The position numbers and the translations under genes were made by a program. A stretch of DNA of 63,323 bases, the filler included. It is 8 parts of 8 records of this genome, joined end to end, with 100 filler letters (N's around TTAATTAATTAA, not from the genome) between each part and the next. Parts side by side here need not be neighbours in the genome. Positions count along the whole stretch, not along the records: positions 15,038 to 28,794 come from SRR31156797_26431; positions 28,895 to 36,181 come from SRR31156797_26454; 6 more parts are not named here. One strand, 5' to 3'. Position 1 is the stretch's first letter, and every line of letters starts with the position of its first letter. A model generated the notes under the pieces. That model ran no database searches. It was not told the origin of the DNA and worked only from the letters and a program-made list of their open reading frames with translations. Positions 18,852 to 29,040 of this stretch are shown in pieces.

Positions 18852-19929
18852 GCTCTTCTTCAGTAAGAATCCCCAATTCTACATAAACAGGAAAATGATC
18901 TGAGTATTTCTTTTTAATTCGTTTGTAATGATTGCAAACGGTTTTGTCATCGTGCAAAATAAAATCAATTCGGAAAGAAGGAAAATCTCCAGAATAGGTG
19001 GTTCCAATTCCAAAACCTTTTTCCCTGAAACAATCGGTTAAATTATTTTTAATGGTACTATAGGAATAGGAGTGAGATGTATCGTTAAAATCGCCACATA
19101 CAATTTTAGGATAGGGTGATTCTGAAATGTGTTTTTGAATTATTTTTGCCTGATTAGCTCTGCGCATGAACGCGTGTCGTAATCTAAACGAGATATCTTT
19201 AATTTCTTCCAGTTCTTGCTCATCGCCCTTAAATTCCTTTTTGTTGATAAAGGCGTAGTTTTTTCCTCCTAATCGGTTCGATTCCAAATGCAGGTTGTAA
19301 ACTCTAAACATCTTGCCTTCAATTTTAAGGTCAACAAAAATAGCATTACACCAGTTGCCTTTTGCAAAATTGATTTCACCTTTTTTTACGATAGGGTATT
19401 TGGTGAAAATAGCGACTCTATTTTGTTTATTACCCAAATAGGAATATTTGCAACCTGTTTTTTTCTTTAGGTTGTAAATAGATAAATTGCCTGTTCGGGT
19501 ATGTCTAAATTCCTGAAAACAAAATATCCCAGCTTTACTTTCCTTTAATAATTGAAGAATTTTTTCAGGAGTTTTAGGATCTTTTGTCCATTCGTATTTA
19601 TCGAAAGCTCTTACATTATAGGTTAGAATATTAATTCCTGATTTATCTTCCGTATTAGGTTTCGATTGATTGAATTGAATAAAATCGGCAAACTGTTGAT
19701 AACCGATTAGAATTACAATTAGAGGAATTAAAAAACTCCATCTTCGTCTGAAAATCCAATAGATTACAAATAGAATATTTGCTGCTAGAAGGTAAGGATA
19801 AGCCAATCCCCAAAATGCAGGCAGCCAAAATTTTTCAGGATTAATTATCGAAGCCGAATAGGATATCAGCAACGAGCCTGAAAAAATCAGACTAAAAATA
19901 ACCAATGCTTTGTGAAGAAAACTTTTCAA
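18844..19929 (-). CDS. Endonuclease/exonuclease/phosphatase family membrane protein
   Basis: TYNV, FQE, CGDFND, RIDFI, SDHFPV motifs after N-terminal TM helices. Confidence 0.92.
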   Translation of the reverse strand: MKSFLHKALVIFSLIFSGSLLISYSASIINPEKFWLPAFWGLAYPYLLAANILFVIYWIFRRRWSFLIPLIVILIGYQQFADFIQFNQSKPNTEDKSGINILTYNVRAFDKYEWTKDPKTPEKILQLLKESKAGIFCFQEFRHTRTGNLSIYNLKKKTGCKYSYLGNKQNRVAIFTKYPIVKKGEINFAKGNWCNAIFVDLKIEGKMFRVYNLHLESNRLGGKNYAFINKKEFKGDEQELEEIKDISFRLRHAFMRRANQAKIIQKHISESPYPKIVCGDFNDTSHSYSYSTIKNNLTDCFREKGFGIGTTYSGDFPSFRIDFILHDDKTVCNHYKRIKKKYSDHFPVYVELGILTEEELN

Positions 19930-19939
19930 TTCCTTGGGC

Positions 19940-20872
19940 TTACTTTTGATTACTCGATTTAAATAGAATTTCCTTCTCCTCTTTCGTTAAACTATCGTAA
20001 CCCGATTTGGCTATTTTCTCCAAAATTCGGTTCAGTTCTTCCTGATTTACTTTTTTTGATTTGTTGTATTCTTCATCTGTCATTTTCTGAGTATTCTTGT
20101 AGCTTACCTTCATTTTTTTTCTTTTGAAAAGCTTAAAGAAAGATTCAGCAAGAGAATTGAAAGCAGAAGAAATGTCTTTTCCTTTTCTCAACTGAGAAAT
20201 AAATAGCCAACCATAAAAAGCACCACCTAAGTGTGCAATATGACCACCTGCATTTCCATTAGGAATGCTTATGATATCAGTAATTAAAAAGAATATGGCA
20301 ATGTGCTTAATTTTTACCGGACCTAAAAACATGAGATGAATCACATGATTTGGTGCATAAACAACAGTTGCTATTACAATAGCCATAACCGATGCTGAAG
20401 CACCCAATGCATAAGAACCAAATCGAACATCCTGAAAAACTGGAAATAAATTGTAGGCAAAAATATAGGTTGCAGCTCCAGTAAGTCCTCCCAATATATA
20501 TATACTAAGTAACTTTTTTTGATCAAGATAACTTAAGAAAATTCGACCGAACCAGAACAACCAAAGCATATTAAACAGGATGTGCAAAAAATCCTGATGC
20601 AAAAACATGTAGGTGAATATTGTCCATGGTCTACCTAGCAAAGCTCCTGTTTCTGCTGGTACCGATAACCAGTAAACTACAAATGGAATTTGTGCAGGAG
20701 AATATTGGAAAAAGAACGTGAATACTCCTAGAATTTTAACCAATAGAAAAACAGCCAGGTTGATGTAAATCAATTTGGTTAGGTGGCTTCCCTCTTTAAA
20801 CGAATTCTTAATTCCTTCCCAAATATTTTGGTTGGAATAGCTTTGGTATGGATTGTTGAAATTCATGCTCAT
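19940..20872 (-). CDS. Rhomboid intramembrane serine protease with C-terminal helical domain
   Basis: HILFNM, GASAS, AHLGG motifs; C-terminal ILEKIAKSGYDSLT. Confidence 0.92.
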   Translation of the reverse strand: MSMNFNNPYQSYSNQNIWEGIKNSFKEGSHLTKLIYINLAVFLLVKILGVFTFFFQYSPAQIPFVVYWLSVPAETGALLGRPWTIFTYMFLHQDFLHILFNMLWLFWFGRIFLSYLDQKKLLSIYILGGLTGAATYIFAYNLFPVFQDVRFGSYALGASASVMAIVIATVVYAPNHVIHLMFLGPVKIKHIAIFFLITDIISIPNGNAGGHIAHLGGAFYGWLFISQLRKGKDISSAFNSLAESFFKLFKRKKMKVSYKNTQKMTDEEYNKSKKVNQEELNRILEKIAKSGYDSLTKEEKEILFKSSNQK

Positions 20873-20939
20873 AATTACACATTCATTATCGATATAAACT
20901 TCTTTTGCATTATATTATTGCCTAATTCTTTATGACAAT

Positions 20940-21761
20940 TTAATAAAAACGATTCGAATTTTTCTGCCAGTACTTTATTAGAATAAAACCAAATATCATT
21001 CCTCCTAAATGTGCAAAATGGGCAACATTATCATTCGCTTGATTTTGGAAATGAAGGAACAATTCGAGAACGCCCAAACCAATAACAAGATATTTAGCCT
21101 TTATAGGAATAGGAGGGAATAGCAACAAGATTTCGGTATTAGGAAACAACATACCAAAGGCTAGTAAAACACCAAAAATAGCTCCAGATGCACCAACAGT
21201 AGGAATATTAACTTGTCCCTGTACCATTCTGTTTACCAACTCTACCGCTTGATTGGTTGCTCCAGCATCGTTAGGATAATCAGACCATGTATTGATAAAG
21301 TCATGCACCCAAGGTTTGACTGGACCAATGTAATCCTTAACAAATTGATCCATTAACTCAGGTGTAGGCGTATTTGTAAATGCATCAGCTGCTGATTTCA
21401 TCGAAGCATAATCTATCCAGTTTACCCCGGTATAAATTAAAGCTGCACCAATTCCGGTACTCATATAATACAATAAAAACCTTTTTGGTCCCCAAACATT
21501 TTCTAATACACGACCAAACATGAATAAGGCAAACATATTAAAAAACAGGTGAGTGATATCACCATGCATAAACATATGTGTTATAATTTGGTGCGGTCTG
21601 AAAAAATCCGATGTAGGGAAATATAAAGCCAAGTAGCGATCCAAATCTAATCCAAATTTACTTTTCAGAACCATAGTTGCAAGAAGCAATATGACATTAA
21701 TGATCAGAAGATTTTTTACTACCGGAGGCAGATTAAATAAAGGAGGTCTATATTGTGTCAT
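20940..21761 (-). CDS. Rhomboid intramembrane serine protease
   Basis: HLFFNM, GASGA, AHLGG motifs. Confidence 0.93.
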   Translation of the reverse strand: MTQYRPPLFNLPPVVKNLLIINVILLLATMVLKSKFGLDLDRYLALYFPTSDFFRPHQIITHMFMHGDITHLFFNMFALFMFGRVLENVWGPKRFLLYYMSTGIGAALIYTGVNWIDYASMKSAADAFTNTPTPELMDQFVKDYIGPVKPWVHDFINTWSDYPNDAGATNQAVELVNRMVQGQVNIPTVGASGAIFGVLLAFGMLFPNTEILLLFPPIPIKAKYLVIGLGVLELFLHFQNQANDNVAHFAHLGGMIFGFILIKYWQKNSNRFY

Positions 21762-21887
21762 TCGATATGCGTTTAATATTCGTATAGGGTCTTAACAATA
21801 GTTAGACCATTTTAAAATTACAGGCTTGAACTTAAAAATCCAAGACAGTTTGTCAGCTCAAAAACCGTGTTTGTAGAAAAAACTGGC

Positions 21888-23894
21888 TTATTTAAAGCGA
21901 CTTTCCAACTCTTGAGTTTCTAAAACTGAAATAATTGGTTTTCCATCGGGTGTGAAATTAGGAACATTACAAGCAAACAATTGGTCGATTATGGAGCTCA
22001 TTTCTTCATTGGAGAGCGATTTTCCATAATTAACTGCTGAAGCTTTTGCCAATGATTTTGCCAGGTTCTCACGAACTTGCAATTTCACATCTAACTGATT
22101 GGTTTTGTAATTTGCCAATAAGTTTTCAAGCAACTCTTTTGGTTCACAATTTTGAATATCAGCAGGCGTTCCGTTGATTACGAAGGTTTTCTTTCCAAAC
22201 TCTCTAATGTCAAATCCCAAAGCTTTCACATCTTCCAATATCACCTGTAGCAAGGTATAATCGGAAGCATTTAGTTCAATGGTTTGTGGAAAAAGTGTTT
22301 GTTGCGCAATTCCCTGATGATTTTCCAGTGAACTGATAAACTTCTCGAACAATATACGTTCGTGCGCTTTTCGCTGATCTATAATCATTAAACCAGATCG
22401 AATAGGCGTAAGGATGTACTTGTTTTTAAGCTGAAAAAAGTTTTTTGCTTTTTTCGGCTGTTCCGAAGATTGCAGTCGTGCTTGTTGAACTGGATTTTGA
22501 ACCGGCTGTTGAACTTGTGGCTTTGCAATTTCAGGAGCTTGAAAATAATCTGGAATATTTTCCGGGTCAATAGCGGGCTGTTCTATCTCTTTTTGTGCAG
22601 TAGAATCAGTTGTTTTGTACAAATCCTCCCAATTATCAGGCACTTCTTTTTTAGTAGGCTTGCTACTGGTTTCAGGAGTTTTAGCTTTAAATTCCTGAAA
22701 AAATGGGTTCGACTCTATCGATCTTCCCGGACTATCAAAAGGATTGTAGCTTTTTTCGGAATCAAAAGGATTGTAGTTCGACTCAGCATCGAAAGGGTTA
22801 AATTCAGGATTCACCTTAATCATTGGAGCTTCAATCTCCTGTTCTTGTCCTGCAACCGGAATCTCTAAACTTGTATCTTCATCAAAATCGATGGAAGGTA
22901 CAATATTGAATTTACCCAAAGCCTCACGTATTGAAGCTTGAATGATTTGATAAATGGCACGTTCATCCTCAAACTTGATCTCAGTTTTTGTAGGATGAAT
23001 GTTAATATCTATAATTTGGGGATCAACCTCAAAGAAAATGAAATATGGAGGTACCGTTTCTGGCGGTAGTATCTTATCGTAGGCTTGAATTACCGCCTTG
23101 TTAAAATACGGATGCCTCATAAAACGATTGTTCACAAAAAAGAATTGCTCACCTAAATTCTTCTTGGCATTTTTCGGCTTTCCAATAAATCCGGTTAGCT
23201 TAACAATGCTGGTATTTGTGCTAATTGTAATTAATCTGGAATTCATTGTTTTCCCAAAAACATTCATGATTCGTTGACGAATGTTACAAGCCGGGAGGTT
23301 ATGAATTTCAGTATTGTTATGTATTAGTTGAAAAGATATTTCTGGATTTGAAAGTACAATTCGATGAAATTCGGTAATTATATTTCGAAGTTCAGTTGAA
23401 TTGGCTTTTAGGAATTTACGTCGGGCAGGTACGTTGTAAAATAAATTTTTAACAATAAAATTACTCCCATCGCTACACGCCAAGGCTTCCTGTGAAACTA
23501 ATTCCGATCCATCAATTACGATATGGGTTCCCAGTTCATCTTCGGTGCGTTTGGTCTTAAGTTCAACATTTGCAATAGCAGCAATCGAAGCTAAGGCTTC
23601 ACCCCTAAAACCCATGGTTCTAATGGCAAATAGATCCTTGGCTTTTCGAATTTTCGAAGTCGCATGTCTTTCAAACGCCAATCTTGCGTCAGTAACAGAC
23701 ATACCACACCCATTATCAATTACTTGAATCAGGGTTTTTCCAGCATCTATTAAATTTATTTTAATTGAATTACAACCAGCATCTATCGCATTCTCAACAA
23801 GCTCTTTAACTACCGATGCAGGTCTTTGTACTACCTCTCCCGCAGCAATCTGATTGGCAACGTTGTCTGGTAGTATCTGTATCAAATCTGACAT
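21888..23894 (-). CDS. mutL: DNA mismatch repair endonuclease MutL
   Basis: NQIAAGEVVQRP, GFRGEALAS, NIHPTKTE, DQRKAHERI. Confidence 0.97.
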   Translation of the reverse strand: MSDLIQILPDNVANQIAAGEVVQRPASVVKELVENAIDAGCNSIKINLIDAGKTLIQVIDNGCGMSVTDARLAFERHATSKIRKAKDLFAIRTMGFRGEALASIAAIANVELKTKRTEDELGTHIVIDGSELVSQEALACSDGSNFIVKNLFYNVPARRKFLKANSTELRNIITEFHRIVLSNPEISFQLIHNNTEIHNLPACNIRQRIMNVFGKTMNSRLITISTNTSIVKLTGFIGKPKNAKKNLGEQFFFVNNRFMRHPYFNKAVIQAYDKILPPETVPPYFIFFEVDPQIIDINIHPTKTEIKFEDERAIYQIIQASIREALGKFNIVPSIDFDEDTSLEIPVAGQEQEIEAPMIKVNPEFNPFDAESNYNPFDSEKSYNPFDSPGRSIESNPFFQEFKAKTPETSSKPTKKEVPDNWEDLYKTTDSTAQKEIEQPAIDPENIPDYFQAPEIAKPQVQQPVQNPVQQARLQSSEQPKKAKNFFQLKNKYILTPIRSGLMIIDQRKAHERILFEKFISSLENHQGIAQQTLFPQTIELNASDYTLLQVILEDVKALGFDIREFGKKTFVINGTPADIQNCEPKELLENLLANYKTNQLDVKLQVRENLAKSLAKASAVNYGKSLSNEEMSSIIDQLFACNVPNFTPDGKPIISVLETQELESRFK
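22734..22802 (-). repeat. 27-bp-period coding tandem repeat in the MutL linker
   Basis: ATCAAAAGGATTGTAG at 22734 and 22761, with a degenerate copy at 22788; encodes (F/Y)NPFD three times. Confidence 0.8.
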
Positions 23895-23915
23895 AAAATT
23901 GTTTGATATTTGATG

Positions 23916-24266
23916 TTAGCGATTAGACTTTAATTTTTCCATACCGCTTATGATATTTTGAAGTGCTTCGTCCCAGCCATTAATATAAATGTATGCTGCT
24001 GCAGAAAGAAGAATAAAAATCACAATCAATCTGATATTTGATTTTTTTCTTGCTCCACTTGCATCCACACGCTTGTGACGGAGTTCGCTCTTCATTCGAC
24101 CCTTAATATTTGGAATGTACTGTCCGTTTTCATCCTTAATACCCAATTCCGATTTAATTCTTCTTTCCCTGTCTTCGCGTTCCTCTTTTGCAGGATCCCA
24201 ATAACGAGGTTGTATATTAAATCTTTTGTGCTGAGGCTTTTTGAAAAAACCACTACTAAATCCCAT
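23916..24266 (-). CDS. Small Bacteroidota-type membrane protein upstream of mutL
   Basis: FFKKPQHKRFNIQPRYWDP motif and C-terminal TM helix; start moved to ATG 24266. Confidence 0.75.
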   Translation of the reverse strand: MGFSSGFFKKPQHKRFNIQPRYWDPAKEEREDRERRIKSELGIKDENGQYIPNIKGRMKSELRHKRVDASGARKKSNIRLIVIFILLSAAAYIYINGWDEALQNIISGMEKLKSNR

Positions 24267-24443
24267 AATGTTTTGTTTTATACCTATTTGTAAATTTATG
24301 GTATAGGCTAAATTCAATTTATTTTTCTAATATCTTGAATTTACAATCCGTAATTTGTCTAAAAAAGACCTACAAATATACCTATAAATTATTAATTAGG
24401 ATAGCTTCATTAAGTGGTTAGAATCGTTAAAATTTTATAAAAA

Positions 24444-25250
24444 TTAGGGATTGAGTTTGCTACCACAACTACTGCAAAAAATAGCGTCAGAATCATGTCC
24501 TTCCGACAAACATTCAGGGCAAACTTGTGTTGATATTTCTTTTGTTGTGTGTTTGGTTAATTCTGCTGTTACAATGCCAGTAGGAACTGCAATTATTGCA
24601 TAACCAATAATCATTACAATGCTGGCAAGAAATTGTCCCAGCGATGTTACCGGAGAAATATCACCATAGCCAACAGTTGTTAATGTTACAACAGCCCAAT
24701 AAATTCCACGGGGAATACTTGTAAAACCATTCTCGGCACCTTCAACCAAATACATTACTGTTCCAATAATGATGACTAGCATAAGAACAGCAAAGAGGAA
24801 AACAGATATTTTTATGCGGCTTTCTCGCAATGCCCGAATAATAATTGCACTTTCTTTCAGGTATCGATTCAATTTTAAGATTCGGAAAACACGTAGCAAT
24901 CGTAAGGCTCGAATTACCATTAAACCTTGAGTTCCTGCAAATATTAATGCCAAATAACTTGGAAGTACCGATAAAAGATCGATTACGCCATAAAAACTAA
25001 AAATGTAGGATTTAGGTTTTTTTACAATCCAGATTCTCAGTAAGTATTCAATACTAAAGATGATTGTGACTATCCATTCCGCAATTTTTAATTGGTCATG
25101 ATATTGATTTTCTATTGAAGGAACACTTTCCAGCATTACAAAAAGAATACTCAAGAGAATTACAATTAGCAAAGAAACATCAAATACTTTTCCTGTCTTT
25201 GTATCTGCTTCAAATATAATTTCGTATAGTTTTCCTTTGGGAGACATCAT
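24444..25250 (-). CDS. Voltage-gated potassium channel / ion transporter
   Basis: S4-like RALRLLRVFRILK, TTVGYGD filter, C-terminal CxxC..CxxC. Confidence 0.93.
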   Translation of the reverse strand: MMSPKGKLYEIIFEADTKTGKVFDVSLLIVILLSILFVMLESVPSIENQYHDQLKIAEWIVTIIFSIEYLLRIWIVKKPKSYIFSFYGVIDLLSVLPSYLALIFAGTQGLMVIRALRLLRVFRILKLNRYLKESAIIIRALRESRIKISVFLFAVLMLVIIIGTVMYLVEGAENGFTSIPRGIYWAVVTLTTVGYGDISPVTSLGQFLASIVMIIGYAIIAVPTGIVTAELTKHTTKEISTQVCPECLSEGHDSDAIFCSSCGSKLNP

Positions 25251-25404
25251 AGATAAAGAAATTGAGTTTGCTCAGTAAACTTAATGAAAAAAGTCAAATT
25301 GAAAGGAGAACTAAGAAGATTGATTTCGTTAAAATTCTGAATTGATAATTGTTAATTCGTAATTGTATTATGCATTTCTTACTTTTGGATAAAATTTGAA
25401 CAAC

Positions 25405-25980
25405 ATGATTCTAAACGATATAAAAAGTAGCTTTCTGGATGCACAAAATGTGTTGAATGAATTTATTGCAAACGAAGATAATTTTAAAGCCATAGAAAAA
25501 GCTGGCGATGCCATGGTGGAATCGCTTAAAAATGGAGGTAAGGTACTTTCATGTGGTAACGGAGGTTCCATGTGCGACGCTATGCATTTCGCCGAAGAAC
25601 TTACGGGCAGATTCAGAGAAGATAGAAAAGCCATGCCTGCAATTGCTATTGCCGATCCTAGCCACATTACCTGTGTGGGTAACGATTATGGTTTCGACTA
25701 TATTTTTTCCAGATATGTTGAAGGAGTAGGGCAAAAAGGTGATGTTTTGTTGGGAATAAGTACCTCTGGAAATTCAGCAAATATTATTAATGCCATAAAA
25801 TCAGCCAAAGAAAAAGGGATGATTGTTGTTGGGTTAACAGGCAAAACAGGTGGAGAAATGGCAGAACTTTGCGATGTTGAAATTAGAGTTCCCTGGAAAT
25901 TATTTTCAGATAGAGTACAAGAAATACATATTAAAGTAATTCATTGCCTGATTCAATACATCGAAGCAAAAATGAAATAA
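25405..25980 (+). CDS. gmhA: D-sedoheptulose 7-phosphate isomerase
   Basis: [25 protein letters not shown] motifs; ATG at 25405. Confidence 0.95.
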   Translation: MILNDIKSSFLDAQNVLNEFIANEDNFKAIEKAGDAMVESLKNGGKVLSCGNGGSMCDAMHFAEELTGRFREDRKAMPAIAIADPSHITCVGNDYGFDYIFSRYVEGVGQKGDVLLGISTSGNSANIINAIKSAKEKGMIVVGLTGKTGGEMAELCDVEIRVPWKLFSDRVQEIHIKVIHCLIQYIEAKMK

Positions 25981-26000
25981 GTAAAGCTTTCTAAATATTT

Positions 26001-26028
26001 AAGGATGTCCGATGGGCATCCTTTTTTT
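26001..26028 (+). terminator. Rho-independent terminator
   Basis: AAGGATGTCC-gat-GGGCATCCTT followed by a T tract. Confidence 0.8.
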
Positions 26029-26136
26029 ATGCGCAATTGCGTGGTATTGAATCAATAAGATGAATTATGTATTGGTTGGCTTGGAATTTATGATTATATT
26101 CAAAGAACGTTTTTGTTAAAAAGAAAATCCAAACTC

Positions 26137-27675
26137 ATGCTTGTAAAAACTTATGGAAGCGCAGTTTATGGTATCCACGCCACAACCATTACCATTGAAG
26201 TGAATGTATTTCCCGGAGTTCGTTTCTCACTTGTTGGTTTACCTGATAATGCTGTAAAGGAGAGTCAGCAAAGAATTGATTCCGCCTTACGGGAGGTTGG
26301 CTACAAAATTCCAGGAAAGAAAATTATTATTAATATGGCTCCTGCTGATATTCGAAAAGAAGGATCGGCTTACGATTTGCCTTTAGCTATTGGTATTATA
26401 ACAGCAACAGAGCAAATTCATTGCGATCGGCTTGATCAATACATGATTATGGGTGAGCTTTCGCTAGATGGCAGTTTGGTGCCTGTAAAAGGAGTGTTGC
26501 CAATGGCGATTCAGGCACGTGAAGAGGGATTTAAAGGATTGATTTTGCCTAAACAAAATGCCAGAGAAGCTGCAGTGGTAAACAAATTAGAAGTTTATGG
26601 TGCCGATTCTATTAAAGAGGTCATCGACTTTTTAAAGGGAGATTTGGAAATACCACCAACAATTGTGGATACTCGAGCCGAGTTTTACGCTCATTTAAAT
26701 AAGTTTCCCCATGATTTTGCCGATGTAAAAGGACAGGAGAATGTCAAGCGTGCATTGGAAATTGCAGCAGCCGGCGGACACAATATTATCATGATTGGCC
26801 CTCCCGGAGCGGGAAAAACCATGTTGGCAAAAAGAATTCCTGGGATTTTACCACCTCTTAGTTTGCAGGAAGCATTGGAAACCACCAAGATTCATTCGGT
26901 TGCCGGAACATTGGAAAAAGACAGCTCTTTAATGACACAGCGTCCCTTTCGATCTCCTCACCACACAATTTCGGATGTGGCCTTAGTTGGAGGAGGAACT
27001 TTTCCACAACCCGGAGAAATTAGCCTTTCGCACAATGGCGTACTGTTTTTAGATGAGTTACCAGAATTCAAGCGTACCGTATTGGAAGTGATGCGCCAAC
27101 CTCTGGAGGACAGAACCATTACCATTTCTCGTGCCAAGTTTACGGTTGAATACCCAGCGAGTACCATGCTGATTTCCTCAATGAATCCTTGTCCGTGTGG
27201 ATACTACAATCATCCTGATAAGGATTGCTTGTGCGGACCGGGAATGGTTCAAAAATATTTAAGTAAAATTAGCGGACCACTGTTGGATAGAATAGACATA
27301 CACATTGAAGTGGTGCCGGTTTCTTTCGATAAAATATCTGATACCCGATTATCCGAAAAGAGTGAAGAAATTCGCCAAAGAGTGGAAACCGCACGAGAAG
27401 CTCAAATTGAGCGATTCAAAGAGGAAGAAGGAATGCATTGCAATGCACAAATGAGTTCGAAACTTTTACGAAAACATTGCCAACCCGATGAGGCGGGAAA
27501 CCAATTGCTAAAAACTGCCATGGAGAAAGTGGGTTTATCGGCAAGGGCCTACGATAGAATATTGAAAGTATCTAGAACGATAGCCGATTTAGCTGGCTCA
27601 GAAAATATAGAAAGCGATCATTTGGCTGAAGCCATTCAGTACCGCAGCCTCGATCGCGATGGTTGGGGAGGGTGA
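26137..27675 (+). CDS. comM: YifB/ComM family Mg-chelatase-like AAA+ ATPase
   Basis: GLPDNAVKES, GPPGAGKT, RSPHHT, FLDELPEF, NPCPCG, SGPLLDRID; ATG at 26137. Confidence 0.93.
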   Translation: MLVKTYGSAVYGIHATTITIEVNVFPGVRFSLVGLPDNAVKESQQRIDSALREVGYKIPGKKIIINMAPADIRKEGSAYDLPLAIGIITATEQIHCDRLDQYMIMGELSLDGSLVPVKGVLPMAIQAREEGFKGLILPKQNAREAAVVNKLEVYGADSIKEVIDFLKGDLEIPPTIVDTRAEFYAHLNKFPHDFADVKGQENVKRALEIAAAGGHNIIMIGPPGAGKTMLAKRIPGILPPLSLQEALETTKIHSVAGTLEKDSSLMTQRPFRSPHHTISDVALVGGGTFPQPGEISLSHNGVLFLDELPEFKRTVLEVMRQPLEDRTITISRAKFTVEYPASTMLISSMNPCPCGYYNHPDKDCLCGPGMVQKYLSKISGPLLDRIDIHIEVVPVSFDKISDTRLSEKSEEIRQRVETAREAQIERFKEEEGMHCNAQMSSKLLRKHCQPDEAGNQLLKTAMEKVGLSARAYDRILKVSRTIADLAGSENIESDHLAEAIQYRSLDRDGWGG

Positions 27676-28045
27676 AATTAATAATGAATTATAAATGAAT
27701 AATGATTTGCTGAGATTCTCACTCCAAGTGAGGCTGGCAGTTGAAAATTCACTATGCATTTTAAGCTGTTAAGAGAGTAATTACAATATTGTCTAGACAT
27801 CCTAATGTAAAAGATTTCTTAAAGGAGAAAAATCTAAAAAGGGTTAATAACGTACCATTTTTTATTTTTTACGGAAAAGAAAATCGCAATTGTTCTTATG
27901 AATTGTCGCAAAAGATAGTTGAATAACTAAAATCAAATGGAAGTAAAGGAAAATTTAGTATAAAGCAATCTGACCACAATGGGATGAATAAAAAAAGTGC
28001 TAGAATTAAGAGTTCTGATAAAAAGTAGACAGGATTTATTAAACT

Positions 28046-28083
28046 AAAAATCCCGGACCTCCAAATAATTCGGAAATCCGGGA
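28046..28083 (-). terminator. Probable terminator of the T9SS gene
   Basis: TCCCGGA (28051-28057) / TCCGGGA (28077-28083) stem, followed by T5 on the minus strand. Confidence 0.55.
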
Positions 28084-28104
28084 GTAATGTGATCTGTTAG
28101 TATT

Positions 28105-28794
28105 CTATACTTTAAGAATTCGGATGCTTTTTCCTCCTATCACTTTTAAAATGTAAACACCAGGCTTACAGTTTGAAAGATCAAGTACTTCTTTTTCGTT
28201 TTGTACTTCTTTTATGAAAATTATTTTCCCCAATTGGTTGCATAGTGCGATTTTACTTCCTCTTTGCAAACCGCTGATGCTTACCTGGTGTTTAACAGGA
28301 TTAGGGTAAGCACTTAACTTAACTGAAGTGGTGATTCCATCATCAATCCCTGTAACAATTTCAATGGTAATGCTTCTGCTTAGGTCAACTGAATTGTAGT
28401 TTTCGTTTCCTTCTTGTATAGCTGTAAGTGTAAGTTCTCCAGCTTCCAGAATTGTTAGTAAGTCACCTTCGATAAGTGCAATATCTTCGTCTGAAATACT
28501 ATAGCTTACAGGTAAACCTGTTTCAGCAAGAGCAGTTAATTGTACCTGATCATCAACTTTTAACATACTTAAATCCTGATCCCATACAATTGTCTGGTCA
28601 GCCTTGTTAATCTTAATGTTGATATTTTCAGAAATTGAATTGTAGTTATCCGCATCAGTCGGTGTGAAAATCACCTCAATAGATTGCATTCCCGCATCAA
28701 GAGTTGCAGATGAGTTTGCAAAAGCAAAGTTACCATCCACATTTGCAGTACCACCAGTCAGGTTTGATTCACTTAAAGTTTGTCCGTAAGTGAT
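28105..28794 (-). CDS. T9SS type A sorting-domain surface protein, 5'-truncated
   Basis: Ig-like ITYGQTL...FTPTDADNY and KADQTI units; C-terminal YPNPV...GVYILKV domain; frame is open to the contig edge. Confidence 0.9.
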   Translation of the reverse strand: MTYGQTLSESNLTGGTANVDGNFAFANSSATLDAGMQSIEVIFTPTDADNYNSISENINIKINKADQTIVWDQDLSMLKVDDQVQLTALAETGLPVSYSISDEDIALIEGDLLTILEAGELTLTAIQEGNENYNSVDLSRSITIEIVTGIDDGITTSVKLSAYPNPVKHQVSISGLQRGSKIALCNQLGKIIFIKEVQNEKEVLDLSNCKPGVYILKVIGGKSIRILKV

Positions 28795-28894
28795 NNNNNN
28801 NNNNNNNNNNNNNNNNNNNNNNNNNNNNNNNNNNNNNNTTAATTAATTAANNNNNNNNNNNNNNNNNNNNNNNNNNNNNNNNNNNNNNNNNNNN
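28795..28894. other. Artificial contig linker
   Basis: N44-TTAATTAATTAA-N44. Confidence 0.99.
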
Positions 28895-28955
28895 CATCTA
28901 CAGTGTAGCTAACATATTGAAGAACAAATATTTAGCGGTGTCGCCCACAACCGAA

Positions 28956-29036
28956 TCAAGCTTTGTTTCTTAGGAGCCGATTGGGAATTTCAAGGCCGTT
29001 AATGGTGATCGGCTCAAACAGCTTCTTGAACTCCAT
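28956..29036 (-). pseudogene. Truncated NADH:flavin oxidoreductase (old yellow enzyme family) N-terminus
   Basis: Manual translation gives MEFKKLFEPITINGLEIPNR-LLRNKA*, with a CAGGAG RBS. LFEPI.I..L.IPNR is the typical OYE start, but the frame stops after 26 codons. Confidence 0.7.
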
Positions 29037-29040
29037 TTTA

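Noticed and set aside
27676-28045. ~370-bp intergenic region between comM and the T9SS gene as an ncRNA or mobile remnant
   Set aside because: AT-rich with only a short CTCAC/GTGAG stem; no convincing structure, repeat or ORF.
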